Below are positions 10,919-21,600 of a stretch of DNA of 64,000 bases, piece by piece. Origin of the DNA: Phycisphaerae bacterium (GTDB taxonomy: Bacteria; Planctomycetota; Phycisphaerae; Phycisphaerales; SM1A02); assembly GCA_016873275.1 (NCBI GenBank), contig VGXO01000001.1, forward strand, positions 61,678-125,677, written 5' to 3'. The position numbers and the translations under genes are program-made. The notes under the pieces are model-generated. The model searched no databases. It saw only the letters and a program-made list of their open reading frames with translations, and was not told the DNA's origin. Each line of letters opens with the position of its first letter. The stretch's first letter is position 1.

Positions 10919-12385
10919 ATGCAGGTCCAGAGCAACACGATGAGCAGCAAGAGCAGTCGTCGCCGCCGGCGCAAGGGCGGCGGTCAGGGCTTCCAGGGTC
11001 CTCCCGTCTCCGTCATGACGCTTCCCCCGGGCGCGGTCCCGAGCGACGCGCAGCTCGAGGCGGAGGCGCTCGCCCTCGAGGAGTCTGCCGGGGCGAAGTA
11101 CGAGGTCGCGAAGAAGGACTCCCTCAACCTCGCGGCGATGCAGCGGATGTCGGGCGACCAGCTCGCGAAGCTCGCCCGCGCCGAGGGGCTCGAGGACGCC
11201 CTCTCGCTTCCCAAGCAGCGGCTCGTCTTCGAGGTCCTACGCGCCCGCGCCCGCAAGCAGGGGCTCATGATGGCGGAGGGCACGCTCGAGCTGATGCCCG
11301 ACGGCTTCGGGTTCCTGCGGAGCGCCGAGTACTCCTACCTCCCGTCGCCCGACGACGTGTACGTCAGCCCCTCGCAGGTGCGTCGCTTCGCGCTGCGCCG
11401 CGGGCAGGTCGTGAAGGGACTCATCCGCCCGCCGCAGGAGGCGGAGACCTACTTCGCGCTCCTCCGCGTCGAGGAGGTCAACGGCCGAGATCCCAAGATC
11501 CTCCATGACCTGCCGACGTTCGAGAACCTCACGCCGCTGCATCCCAACCGCCGCATCCAGCTCGAGGTGATCGGCAAGCCGGAGAAGCTCGAGACCCGCG
11601 TGATCGACATGGTGACGCCGCTCGGCTTCGGGCAGCGGGCGCTGATCGTCGCGCCGCCGCGCACCGGCAAGACGGTGATCCTGCAGCAGCTCGCGAACGC
11701 GATCGCCCACAACCATCCCGACGTCCACGTCATCGTGCTGCTGATCGACGAGCGGCCGGAGGAGGTCACCGACTTCCGCCGCAACACGCCCTCGCGGGTC
11801 GAGGTCGTGGCGAGCACCTTCGACGAGGAGGCGTCGCGGCACATCCAGGTCGCGGAGATGGTGATGGAGAAGTCGCGCCGGATGGTCGAGTTCGGCGAGC
11901 ACGTGGTGATCCTGCTCGACTCGATCACCCGCCTCGCCCGCGGCTACAACAACGCGATGCCCAACTCCGGCAAGATCGGCTCGGGCGGCGTGGACAACGC
12001 GGCGCTCATCAAGCCGAAGAAGTTCTTCGGCTCCGCCCGCAACATCGAGAACGGCGGCTCGCTCACCATCCTCGGCACCGCGCTCGTCGACACCGGAAGC
12101 CGCGCCGACGAGGTGATCTTCGAGGAGTTCAAGGGCACCGGCAACGCCGAGCTCCACCTCGACCGCAAGCTCGTCGAGAAGCGGGTCTGGCCGGCGATCG
12201 ACATCTCCGCGAGCGGCACCCGCCGCGAGGAGCTCCTCCTCGACCCCAAGGAGCACGAGCTCATCACCCGGCTGCGGAAGGTGGTCTCGGACATGAACGT
12301 GGTCGAGGCGATGGAGCTGCTGCGGAGCCGGCTCTCGAAGACCAAGAGCAACGCCGAGTTCCTGATGACGATGAGCATGTCCTGA
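10919..12385 (+). CDS. rho: transcription termination factor Rho
   Basis: Trimmed from the 645-aa ORF to the in-frame ATG ([10 protein letters not shown]...). Has a Rho N-terminal/CSD region (GFGFLR) and the ATPase core (PPRTGKT...[10 protein letters not shown]). Confidence 0.93.
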   Translation: MQVQSNTMSSKSSRRRRRKGGGQGFQGPPVSVMTLPPGAVPSDAQLEAEALALEESAGAKYEVAKKDSLNLAAMQRMSGDQLAKLARAEGLEDALSLPKQRLVFEVLRARARKQGLMMAEGTLELMPDGFGFLRSAEYSYLPSPDDVYVSPSQVRRFALRRGQVVKGLIRPPQEAETYFALLRVEEVNGRDPKILHDLPTFENLTPLHPNRRIQLEVIGKPEKLETRVIDMVTPLGFGQRALIVAPPRTGKTVILQQLANAIAHNHPDVHVIVLLIDERPEEVTDFRRNTPSRVEVVASTFDEEASRHIQVAEMVMEKSRRMVEFGEHVVILLDSITRLARGYNNAMPNSGKIGSGGVDNAALIKPKKFFGSARNIENGGSLTILGTALVDTGSRADEVIFEEFKGTGNAELHLDRKLVEKRVWPAIDISASGTRREELLLDPKEHELITRLRKVVSDMNVVEAMELLRSRLSKTKSNAEFLMTMSMS

Positions 12386-12501
12386 CCCCGGCGCGGTCCT
12401 CCGCCGCCCGCCGGGCGACGGGAACCGCCGGGCGGCACGCGGGGTACTCTCCCGCGGGGACCCGCCGGCGACCGACCGCCGCCTACCCGAGGAGTCGCCG
12501 A

Positions 12502-13350
12502 ATGAGCCGGATCCGCCGACGCGGCATCACGATCATCGAGGTCATCACGGTCATCGGGATCATCATCCTGCTGCTCGCGATCCTCCTTCCCTCGCTCGGC
12601 GTGCTCCGCGACAACGCGGTGCTCTCGCGGAGCCAGGCGAACCTCCGGCAGCTCGCGACGTGGATGAAGGCCTATTCGACCGACCACCGGGAGTTCGTGC
12701 TGCCCGCGGCGTTCGACTACCGCGCGAACCCGCTGCCGGGGAAGGTCCGCAGCATCTCGCCGCCGGGCGCGACGATGCCGATCGAGCCGGAGCACGTGGG
12801 ATCGTGGTCGGACATCCTCTGGACGTACTCCGAGCTTGGTCCGGTCTCGCTCGGTCAGGCGGAGAACGAGTACGACTACCGCTACGACTCGCCGGACGAG
12901 GCGTTCTTCACCGCCCGTCCCGACTACGTGACCCCCATGCGGTCCGACGCCGCGAACACCAAGGCGAAGAACGGGACCAACGCCTACCCCTTCGGCGACG
13001 GCTCGAAGGACCTCGAGAAGGGGCAGCCGGGGTACTTCGCCGCCAACGGCTTCTTCGACGTCCGGCCGCCGAATGGCCGCTGGTACACCACCACCCAGAT
13101 CAAGCGTCCGTTCCAGTCGATCTACTTGGTGGACTCCTACGCCGGCGAGGTGATCGCCCCCGACTGCACCCCCTGGGGCTGCGAGGACACCCCCGCCTCG
13201 GCGGAGGACGTCGAGGTCGACTTCCGCTACGTCGGGGAGGTGGCGCTGATGCTGCTCCTCGACGGGGCGGTCCGGTCGGAGCCCAAGTGGGCAACCTTGG
13301 AGGAGCTCCAGACCGACCGGCAACTTCGGGTCCAGAACCTCGACCGCTGA
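12502..13350 (+). CDS. prepilin-type N-terminal cleavage/methylation domain protein (pseudopilin-like, DUF1559-like DG tail)
   Basis: RRGITIIEVITVIGIIILLLAILLPSL is a class III signal sequence with Glu at +5. The C-terminal ...LLLDGAVRSE resembles the planctomycete DG motif. A GAGGAG Shine-Dalgarno-like sequence lies upstream. Confidence 0.8.
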   Translation: MSRIRRRGITIIEVITVIGIIILLLAILLPSLGVLRDNAVLSRSQANLRQLATWMKAYSTDHREFVLPAAFDYRANPLPGKVRSISPPGATMPIEPEHVGSWSDILWTYSELGPVSLGQAENEYDYRYDSPDEAFFTARPDYVTPMRSDAANTKAKNGTNAYPFGDGSKDLEKGQPGYFAANGFFDVRPPNGRWYTTTQIKRPFQSIYLVDSYAGEVIAPDCTPWGCEDTPASAEDVEVDFRYVGEVALMLLLDGAVRSEPKWATLEELQTDRQLRVQNLDR

Positions 13351-13438
13351 ACGGATCGGATCCCCCGACAGGACTGAAACGAGGGGTTGGGTCGCCGACC
13401 ATCAGGCGCGGGTCCTGTCGCCATGAGGCGGGCCGTGC

Positions 13439-13490
13439 GGGTCTCAAGTCGGGTTTCAAGTCGGGTCTCAAGTCGGGTCTTGGGTCGGGT
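13439..13490. repeat. 12-bp tandem repeat, about 4 copies (GGGTCTCAAGTC)
   Basis: gggtctcaagtc gggtttcaagtc gggtctcaagtc gggtcttgggtc read directly from the sequence. Position anchored on ORF 13100..13471. Confidence 0.7.
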
Positions 13491-13531
13491 CAGGCGGTTC
13501 ATGGACTTCGCGTGACCTCGCGACTCGGCGC

Positions 13532-13559
13532 TTGCCCGGGAGGGGGGGGTCGCTACACT
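13532..13559 (+). promoter_or_regulatory. sigma70-like promoter candidate (TTGCCC, 16-nt spacer, TACACT)
   Basis: Hexamers and spacing read from the sequence. No experimental support. Confidence 0.3.
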
Positions 13560-13566
13560 CCGCGGA

Positions 13567-13591
13567 ACCGTCCCTTCTCGGGACGGTTTTT
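13567..13591 (+). terminator. intrinsic-terminator-like hairpin with T5 tail
   Basis: accgtccc-ttctc-gggacggt forms an 8-bp stem, followed by ttttt. Confidence 0.55.
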
Positions 13592-13717
13592 CATCCCAGA
13601 CCCGGAGCCGGCACCGCCGGAACCGGCGCCGCCCGCGGACCGATGGCCGTGGTCGGTCCGACCCTCCAGACCTTCGGCGACCGCGTCGATCCACCCGCGG
13701 TCGGACAATCAGGTTGC

Positions 13718-13789
13718 GCCACCGTAGCTCAGTGGTAGAGCACACCCTTGGTAAGGGTGAGGTCGTGGGTTCAAGCCCCATCGGTGGCT
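13718..13789 (+). tRNA. tRNA-Thr (anticodon GGT)
   Basis: Cloverleaf drawn by hand. The acceptor GCCACCG pairs with CGGTGGC; the D arm is GCTC..GAGC. The anticodon loop is TTGGTAA and the T arm is GTGGGTTCAAGCCCCAT. No CCA is encoded. It has the classic position upstream of tuf. Confidence 0.9.
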
Positions 13790-13946
13790 CTCGCCGGGTC
13801 CTCCGCGACGGTGCGGGGACGCCTGGCTCGTCGAGATACGCCGCCTCGGGCGGTCCGGCACGTGGGTGCGGACGCCTTGGGCATCCAGTCACGGCCTGCG
13901 GAGCGTCGACACGCTCCGTCTCGGGCCCTTTCGGAGAACCGCCGCC

Positions 13947-15155
<1,209 letters not shown>

Positions 15156-15186
15156 ACCCGGCGCCCCCGGCACACGGAGCGATCCC

Positions 15187-15366
15187 ATGGCGAAGAAGTC
15201 CCTCGACCGAGAGTTCGTCTGGCTGCAGTGCAGCGAGTCCGGCGACCTCAACTACCGCACGAACGTGCGGGTGAAGGGCGGCATGTCGGAGCGCGTGAAG
15301 GAGGGGTTCATGAAGTTCAGCCCCCGGCTCCGCAAGCACACCCTCCACAAGGTCAAGCGCAAGTGA
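15187..15366 (+). CDS. rpmG: 50S ribosomal protein L33
   Basis: 59-aa ORF below the track cutoff, translated by hand: MAKKSLDREFVWLQCSESGDLNYRTNVRVKGGMSERVKEGFMKFSPRLRKHTLHKVKRK. It is L33-like (..RKHTLHKE-type tail) and sits in the tuf-rpmG-secE-nusG context. Confidence 0.85.
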   Translation: MAKKSLDREFVWLQCSESGDLNYRTNVRVKGGMSERVKEGFMKFSPRLRKHTLHKVKRK

Positions 15367-15372
15367 TCACCC

Positions 15373-15400
15373 GCCGGGGGCGCCTTCGGGCGCCCCCGGC
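15373..15400 (+). terminator. perfect 12-bp GC hairpin with TTCG loop; possible terminator or processing signal, no U-tract
   Basis: gccgggggcgcc-ttcg-ggcgcccccggc lies 6 nt after the rpmG stop and 6 nt before tRNA-Trp. Confidence 0.4.
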
Positions 15401-15405
15401 GTCGT

Positions 15406-15478
<73 letters not shown>

Positions 15479-15526
15479 CTGTCCAGAGGCGCGTCCCCGG
15501 CGCGCCGCCCCACGCGGAGACGTTCC

Positions 15527-15937
15527 ATGTCCATCTACAAGCCAGGTCAGGGCTACAACGTCCGCGTCGTGACCGCGATCGGCCTCGGGCTGGTCGTGCT
15601 CCTCGGCGCGTACTGGCTCTGGGAGGAGTTCGCCGCCGCGAGCTGGTTCGGGCTCCCCGCGATCTACATCTCCTCCGGCATCGCGACGACCTTCGTCGCC
15701 GTCCTCGCGGCACTCGGCTACTGGCTGATCGGGGTCAACCCGCGGGCGGTCGACTTCCTGATCGCCACCGACGCCGAGATGAAGAAGGTCAACTGGTCCA
15801 CCCGCCGCGAGGTCCTCGGATCGACCGCGGTGGTGATCGGCTTGTCCCTGCTCGTCGCGGCGTACTGCCTTGGGTTCGACCGTGCATTCCTCGTGGTGTT
15901 CGCGTGGATGGGCGTGCTGGAGACCGGCGGTCTCTGA
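15527..15937 (+). CDS. secE: preprotein translocase subunit SecE
   Basis: Trimmed to MSIYKPGQGY.... Three predicted TM helices, and a C-terminal ...EMKKVNWSTRREVLGSTAVVI... SecE signature. Confidence 0.8.
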   Translation: MSIYKPGQGYNVRVVTAIGLGLVVLLGAYWLWEEFAAASWFGLPAIYISSGIATTFVAVLAALGYWLIGVNPRAVDFLIATDAEMKKVNWSTRREVLGSTAVVIGLSLLVAAYCLGFDRAFLVVFAWMGVLETGGL

Positions 15938-15960
15938 CGCCCGGAAGGGGTTCGAAGGAC

Positions 15961-16758
15961 ATGAACGAAGAAGCCTCATCGATGCAGGGCGCACCGGACG
16001 CGGAGCCCTCGGCGACCTCTGACGCGAAGGCGTCCGAGGCTCCCGCCAAGCGCCTGCTCTCCGGCAAGGACGCCGCCGCGAAGCTCGCCACCGCGCTCTC
16101 CTCGGGCGGCGTGGCGACGCAGCGGATCACCGAGTCGCCCAACGCCCGCCGTCCCGCCGCCTCCGCGGCGCCGGCGTCGGAGGACGACCTGCCCATGTAC
16201 CGCGAGGGCATGGACTGGTTCGTGCTGCGGGTGGCGAGCAACAAGGAGTCGGGCGTCCGCGAGACGCTGCTCCGGAAGGTCGCCATCGAGGGCATGGAGC
16301 ACCTCGTCGGGCGCATCATGGTGCCCACCGAGAAGATCAAGACCTTCAAGGCGGGCAAGCAGAAGGTCACCGAGACCAAGCTCTACCCCGGCTACGTGTT
16401 CGTCGAGATGCGCCTCGAGCCGGATGGCCGCATCCCGCAGGACGTCTTCTTCCTGATCAAGGAGACGACCGGCGTCGGCGACTTCGTGGGCACCGCGGGG
16501 CGACCGACCCCGATGGCGCCGCACGAGGTGCAGAAGATGCTCTTCGACTCGAAGAAGCCCGAGGAGGCGCCGGAGGTCCGGTTCGAGTTCGCCAAGGGCG
16601 ACCCGGTCACGATCAAGGAAGGTCCCTTCGAGAACTACGAGGGCACCGTCGACGAGGTGCTCAAGGACAAGGGCCTCGTCCGCGTGCTCGTCACGATCTT
16701 CGGTCGGCAGGCGCCGATCGAGCTCGAGTACTGGCAGCTCTCCAAGGCGGTTCCCTGA
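15961..16758 (+). CDS. nusG: transcription termination/antitermination factor NusG with about 80-aa N-terminal low-complexity extension
   Basis: NGN domain (WFVLRVASNKE...YPGYVFVEM) and KOW domain (GDPVTIKEGPFENYEGTVDEV). The extension keeps G/C third-position bias and starts 23 nt after secE. Confidence 0.9.
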   Translation: MNEEASSMQGAPDAEPSATSDAKASEAPAKRLLSGKDAAAKLATALSSGGVATQRITESPNARRPAASAAPASEDDLPMYREGMDWFVLRVASNKESGVRETLLRKVAIEGMEHLVGRIMVPTEKIKTFKAGKQKVTETKLYPGYVFVEMRLEPDGRIPQDVFFLIKETTGVGDFVGTAGRPTPMAPHEVQKMLFDSKKPEEAPEVRFEFAKGDPVTIKEGPFENYEGTVDEVLKDKGLVRVLVTIFGRQAPIELEYWQLSKAVP

Positions 16759-16810
16759 CGCCGTCCGCCGCGGGACGCGGCGGATCGACCACGACGAAGG
16801 AGCGAGATCC

Positions 16811-17458
16811 ATGGGCATGCCTCACGCCGTCCGCCGAATGACGAACCTCGCCGCGGCGCTCGCGCTCGCCGCGGCGCTCTCCGGCTGCGCCTCGTGGTCC
16901 ACGTTCCCGCCGGTGGCGGGAGGCGAGACCCTCGCGCCCGGTCTCGCCCCGGCGCCGGACGTGATGGGGCTCGCCCTCGCGTACGCGCACTCGAAGACCG
17001 ACCCGGAGGCGCCCCTCGTCTACAACCTGCCGCCCGGCGTCAGCCCCGGCACCTGGAAGAGCGTGAAGCTCCGCACCGGCGTGAAGGACGCCCGCCCGAT
17101 GCAGCCCGGCGACCGCGAGGTCTGGTCGATCGACCAGGTCCGCCTCCGGGGCGGCTTCGCGGAGGTGGACGTCGTCTACCTCGAGAAGGACGTCTATCAG
17201 ATGGTCACGGTCAAGCTGCAGTCGCGACCCTTCGAGCCCTATCGCCCGGTCTACCTGCAGCGGTGGCTCGTGCCCGTGCCGACGCCGACCTCGAACGACC
17301 CGATGCTCGCCCGGCAGGCGCCTCCCGCCGCCGAGCCCGAGGCGCCGCCGGAGCCCACCGAGCAGCCGGCGTCCTCCTCGCCGACCCTCGCGACCGGCGC
17401 GGAGTCCTCGATGCCCGTCGAGGAGCCTGCCGCGCCGACGGAACCGGCGACGCCGTGA
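16811..17458 (+). CDS. hypothetical lipoprotein
   Basis: Lipobox LAAALSGC after MGMPHAVRRMTNLAAALA. A GAAGGAG Shine-Dalgarno-like sequence lies about 8 nt upstream. Pro/Ala-rich tail. Confidence 0.6.
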   Translation: MGMPHAVRRMTNLAAALALAAALSGCASWSTFPPVAGGETLAPGLAPAPDVMGLALAYAHSKTDPEAPLVYNLPPGVSPGTWKSVKLRTGVKDARPMQPGDREVWSIDQVRLRGGFAEVDVVYLEKDVYQMVTVKLQSRPFEPYRPVYLQRWLVPVPTPTSNDPMLARQAPPAAEPEAPPEPTEQPASSSPTLATGAESSMPVEEPAAPTEPATP

Positions 17459-18072
17459 CCAGCCTGCCGCTCGTCGTCGCGATCACCGGCGCGAGCGGCG
17501 CGCCCTACGCCAAGCGGTTCATCGAGCGCGCCACGCAGTTCGGCGTCCCGATCCACCTCGTCGTCAGCGACCTTGGAAGGCGGCTCCTCGCGGAGGAGCT
17601 CGACCTCAAGAAGATCGAACCGGACGCGCTCTCCGGCGGTCGCGGCTCGATGGTCGCCCTGCACAACGACCGCGACACCGGCGCTTCGCCGGGAAGCGGT
17701 TCGTTCCGCCACCGCGGCATGGCGGTCGTTCCGTGCTCGGGCAACACGCTTGGTCGCATCGCCGCGGGCATCACCGACAACCTCGTGCAGCGGGCGGCGG
17801 CGGTGACGCTCAAGGAGCGCCGACGCCTCGTCCTCGCCCACCGCGAGACGCCGCTCTCCGCGATCGAGATCGACGCGATGCAGAAGGTGACCGCGGCCGG
17901 CGCCATCGTGCTGCCGCTCTCGCCCGGCTTCTACCTCCGCCCGCGCACGATCGACGACCTCCTCGACTTCATGGTCGCCCGCATGCTCGACCTCTTCTCG
18001 ATCGAGCATGACCTGAAGGTCCGCTGGGACGAGCACCTCGCGGCGCGGCGCTCGCGCGGCGAGGATGCCTGA
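17455..18072 (+). CDS. ubiX: UbiX-type flavin prenyltransferase
   Basis: The GTG start overlaps the lipoprotein stop (GTGA). PLVVAITGASGAPYA...VVPCSGNTLGRIAAGITDNLVQRAA... is the UbiX/Pad1 pattern. Confidence 0.9.
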   Translation: MTSLPLVVAITGASGAPYAKRFIERATQFGVPIHLVVSDLGRRLLAEELDLKKIEPDALSGGRGSMVALHNDRDTGASPGSGSFRHRGMAVVPCSGNTLGRIAAGITDNLVQRAAAVTLKERRRLVLAHRETPLSAIEIDAMQKVTAAGAIVLPLSPGFYLRPRTIDDLLDFMVARMLDLFSIEHDLKVRWDEHLAARRSRGEDA

Positions 18073-18233
18073 GCGTCACCCACGCGGGCGGATCACGAGG
18101 TCGCGCCAGAGACCTCCTGCGACGCGTCCGAGAGAAGCGCGGCCCTCGTGGACCGACCGCGGCTCGATGCCGTCGGCTCGTCGGTGACTCCACGCCGACC
18201 GCCGCGATGTCGGCAGAAGCACGCTCAACCTGC

Positions 18234-18263
18234 TTGCAACCGAAGGTTAGTCTACTAGACTAA
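18234..18263 (+). promoter_or_regulatory. promoter candidate (TTGCAA, 16-nt spacer, TAGACT) overlapped by a 17-bp perfect palindrome, TTAGTCTA-C-TAGACTAA
   Basis: Read from the sequence. The -10 hexamer ends 7 nt before the antitoxin ATG at 18269, which suggests a leaderless mRNA. Confidence 0.4.
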
Positions 18264-18268
18264 GTCCG

Positions 18269-18514
18269 ATGGTCATCAACATTCACGATGCCAAGACCCA
18301 CTTCTCGAAGCTCCTTGAGCGGGTCGCGCGGGGCGAGGAGGTGGTGATCGCCCGCGCCGGGCACCCGATCGCCCGCCTCGTCGCCTACTCCCCGCCAACT
18401 GGTCCTCGGCGAGGCGGTGGCTGGAAGGGACTCGTGCGGATCGGCGAGGACTTCGACGCGCCGCTTCCCTCCGAGATCTCCGCTGCCTTCGAGCCCGGAC
18501 GCCGCGGCGGATGA
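18269..18514 (+). CDS. type II antitoxin, Phd/YefM family
   Basis: 81 aa. MVINIHDAKTHFSKLLERVARGEEVVIARAGHPIARLV is a typical Phd/YefM N-terminus. Confidence 0.85.
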   Translation: MVINIHDAKTHFSKLLERVARGEEVVIARAGHPIARLVAYSPPTGPRRGGGWKGLVRIGEDFDAPLPSEISAAFEPGRRGG

Positions 18515-18891
18515 GCGCCGTCCTCCTCGACACCCACGTCCTGCTGTGGTGGCTCGCCGAGCCGGAGCGCCTCGCGCCGCGCACGCAGGAACTCCTCGCG
18601 GACCGATCGCGGCGCATCCTGGTGAGCGCCGCCACGGCATGGGAGATCGCCATCAAGCAGACCCTCGGTCGACTCGACTGCCCCGGCAACCTGCGGGAGG
18701 CAATCGGCGAGCAGGGCTTCGAGGCGCTCGCGGTCTCGATCGAGCACGCCCTCGAGGTGGCGTCGCTGCCGCTTCATCACTCCGACCCCTTCGACCGCCT
18801 GCTCGTCGCGCAGGCGCGGATCGAGCAGGCGTCCCTCGTCACCGCCGATCCGCGGCTCGCCTACTACCGGATCAACCTGATCCCGGCGTGA
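18511..18891 (+). CDS. vapC: type II toxin, PIN-domain ribonuclease (VapC-like)
   Basis: ATGA overlap with the antitoxin. LLDTHVLLWW...AWEIAIK...DPFDRLLVAQA pattern of PIN acidic residues. Confidence 0.85.
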   Translation: MSAVLLDTHVLLWWLAEPERLAPRTQELLADRSRRILVSAATAWEIAIKQTLGRLDCPGNLREAIGEQGFEALAVSIEHALEVASLPLHHSDPFDRLLVAQARIEQASLVTADPRLAYYRINLIPA

Positions 18892-18940
18892 ACGACTCGC
18901 CGGTCGTCGCGGACCGAGATGCCCGCGGCGGGCGTCGTGC

Positions 18941-19843
18941 TCACGCCTCCTCGAGCAGGCTCCGCCTCGCCGCGTCGAGCTCACCTCGGCGCTCCGGCGA
19001 GACCTTGGGGTACTGCAGGTCGAGTCCCTCCAGCGCCTCGACGATCGTCGCCGCGACGAGGGTCCGGCAGAGCCACTTGTCGTCGGCGGGCACCACGTGC
19101 CAGGGGGCATGCGGCGCCGACGTCGCGCGGATCGCCTCCTCGTACGCCTGCATGTACTCGTCCCATCGACCCCGCTCGCGCACGTCCGCCTCCGCGAACT
19201 TCCAGTGCTTCTCGGGGTCCTCGAGCCGCTCGAGAAACCGCCGCTTCTGCTCCGCGGGGGAGACGTTCAGGAAGAACTTGAGGATCCTCGTCCCATTGCG
19301 GGCGAGGTGCTTCTCCCACGCCCGGATGTCCTCGAAGCGCTCCTCCCAGATCCGCTCGGTCACCAGGGAGGGAGGGAGCTTCTGGGCACGGAGGATCTCG
19401 CGCCGCACCCTGACGACCAGCACCTCCTCGTAGTAGGAGCGGTTGAAGATGCCGATCTTCCCCCTCGAGGGAAGCACGCGGGCGCAGCGCCACATCCAGT
19501 CATGGTCGAGTTCCTCGTCGCTCGGCGCCTTGAAGGGATGCACCTCGCAGCCCTGCGGGTTCACGCCGCTCATCACGTGCTTGATGACGCCGTCCTTGCC
19601 GGCGGCGTCCATCGCCTGGAAGACGACGAGCACCGACCAGCGGTCCTGCGCGTAGAGGCGGTCCTGCAGCTCCGCGAGGCGGCGCACGCCCGCCGCGATC
19701 GCCTCCTTCGCCCGCTCCTTGCCGAGACGGTCGCCGACGCTGCCGGCGGGGTCGTGATCCGAGAGCCGGAAGCCGCCGCCCTCCTCCACGCGGGTCCGGC
19801 GGGCGAGACGCCTGGCGTCGTCGAGGAGGTCGTCTCCGTCCAT
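18941..19843 (-). CDS. ppk2: polyphosphate kinase 2 family protein
   Basis: C-terminal 300 aa of the 836-aa fused ORF, trimmed to MDGDDLL.... Contains VVFQAMDAAGKDGVIKHV (Walker A-like) and ...IFNRSYYEEVLVVRV.... Confidence 0.9.
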   Translation of the reverse strand: MDGDDLLDDARRLARRTRVEEGGGFRLSDHDPAGSVGDRLGKERAKEAIAAGVRRLAELQDRLYAQDRWSVLVVFQAMDAAGKDGVIKHVMSGVNPQGCEVHPFKAPSDEELDHDWMWRCARVLPSRGKIGIFNRSYYEEVLVVRVRREILRAQKLPPSLVTERIWEERFEDIRAWEKHLARNGTRILKFFLNVSPAEQKRRFLERLEDPEKHWKFAEADVRERGRWDEYMQAYEEAIRATSAPHAPWHVVPADDKWLCRTLVAATIVEALEGLDLQYPKVSPERRGELDAARRSLLEEA

Positions 19844-19950
19844 GCACGCCCCATCGGCAGGACCGCCGCGGGCTCCTTCGGATTGAGGGTCCGACGATCG
19901 ACCGACCGGCATCCCGCGCGGATCGATGTCCGGGTTCCGCGAGACCGAAC

Positions 19951-21504
19951 CTAGTAGCTCTTCGCCCAGACCACCCGCCGCGGGCTTGACCTGCCGGTGA
20001 AGGGGCAGGTGCCCGGCGTGCCCTCGTCGGCGCAGAGACCCTGCCCGTCGAGGGGGATGCAGCGCACCGTCACCGCGAGGTCGCTCTTGATGCGCTCCTC
20101 GAGCGCCGGATCGCCGCCGAAGTGCGCGAGCGCGAAGCCGCCGTGGATCGGGGTCGGCGCCGCGTCGTCGCCGGCGCCGCCCGGCGCCCGGAAGAAGTCG
20201 TAGAAGTCGTCCTTCGAGTCGATCACCCGCACGTGCTCGCGGCGGAACGCCCGCGCCCGATCGAGGAGCCCCTGCTGGATCTCCGCGAGCATCGACTCGA
20301 TGCCCTCGACGAACGCGCCGACCGGGATCGACTGCTTCTCCTTGACGCCCTTGTCGCGGCGCCCGACGAAGACGCTGCCCGACGCGACGTCCCGCGGTCC
20401 GACCTCGACGCGGACGGGGATGCCCCGCTTCACCCACTGCCAGGTCTTGTCGCCGCCTCGGATGTCCCGCGCGTCGAGCTCGACCTCGACGGCACGACCG
20501 CCGTAGTGCCTCCGGCGAAGGTCGGCGACGAGCTTGTCGCAGAAGCCGCGGACCTCGGCGGCGGTCTCGGGCTTGTGCAGCACCGGCTGCACCACGACGT
20601 GCGCGGGCGCCACCATCGGCGGGCAGACCATGCCATCGTCGTCGGCATGGGTCATGATCGCGCCGCCGATCAGGCGCGTGCTCACGCCCCAGCTCGTCGT
20701 CCAGCAGAACTCGCGGCGTCCAGCGTCGTCCTGGAACTGGATCTCCTGCGCCTTCGCGAAGTTCTGCCCGAGGAAGTGGCTGGTGCCCGCCTGCAGCGCC
20801 TTGCGGTCCTGCATCATCGCCTCGATGCACCAGGTCTCGACGGCGCCCGGGAACCGCTCGCCCGCGGTCTTCTCGCCGCGCACGACCGGCATCGCGAGCC
20901 AGTGCTCCGCGAACTCCGCGTAGACGCCGAGCATCCGCATGGTCTCCTCCCTCGCCTCCTCCGCCGTGGCGTGGGCGGTGTGACCCTCCTGCCAGAGGAA
21001 CTCCGTGGTGCGGAGGAAGAGCCGCGTGCGCATCTCCCAGCGGACCACGTTCGCCCACTGGTTGATGAGGAGCGGCAGGTCGCGGTGGCTCTGCACCCAC
21101 TTCGCGAAGGTCGCGCCGATGATCGTCTCCGAGGTCGGGCGCACGACAAGCGGCTCCTCGAGTTCGCCTGCAGGAACCAGCTTGCCGCCGGGCCCCGCCT
21201 CGAGGCGGTGATGCGTGACGACCGCGCACTCCTTCGCGAAGCCCTCGACGTGCTTCGCCTCCTTCTCGAGGAAGGAGAGCGGGATGAAGAGCGGGAAGTA
21301 GGCGTTCTTGTGACCCGTCGCCTTGAACATCCCGTCGAGCCCGCGCTGGATGTTCTCCCAGATGCCCCAGCCCCACGGCTTGATCACCATGCAGCCGCGC
21401 ACCGGGCTCGTCTCCGCGAGGTCGGCGGCGCGGACCACCTGCTGGTACCACTCCGCGTAGTTCTCGGCTCGCGTGGGGGTGATGGCGGTGCGGGCGTCGC
21501 TCAT
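19951..21504 (-). CDS. proS: proline--tRNA ligase (archaeal/eukaryote-like type)
   Basis: Trimmed to MSDARTAITPTRAENYAEWYQQVV.... Class II motifs present: ...FRTTEFLWQEGHTAH... and ...GTSHFLGQNF.... Confidence 0.95.
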   Translation of the reverse strand: MSDARTAITPTRAENYAEWYQQVVRAADLAETSPVRGCMVIKPWGWGIWENIQRGLDGMFKATGHKNAYFPLFIPLSFLEKEAKHVEGFAKECAVVTHHRLEAGPGGKLVPAGELEEPLVVRPTSETIIGATFAKWVQSHRDLPLLINQWANVVRWEMRTRLFLRTTEFLWQEGHTAHATAEEAREETMRMLGVYAEFAEHWLAMPVVRGEKTAGERFPGAVETWCIEAMMQDRKALQAGTSHFLGQNFAKAQEIQFQDDAGRREFCWTTSWGVSTRLIGGAIMTHADDDGMVCPPMVAPAHVVVQPVLHKPETAAEVRGFCDKLVADLRRRHYGGRAVEVELDARDIRGGDKTWQWVKRGIPVRVEVGPRDVASGSVFVGRRDKGVKEKQSIPVGAFVEGIESMLAEIQQGLLDRARAFRREHVRVIDSKDDFYDFFRAPGGAGDDAAPTPIHGGFALAHFGGDPALEERIKSDLAVTVRCIPLDGQGLCADEGTPGTCPFTGRSSPRRVVWAKSY

Positions 21505-21600
21505 GCGCGTCGCGCTCCTCTCGTGGCGATGGACTCGGCGTCGGCGCGCGTCGCCGAGCACCTCGACGGGTCGCCGCGACCGCGAAGGTACCATCCCCGC

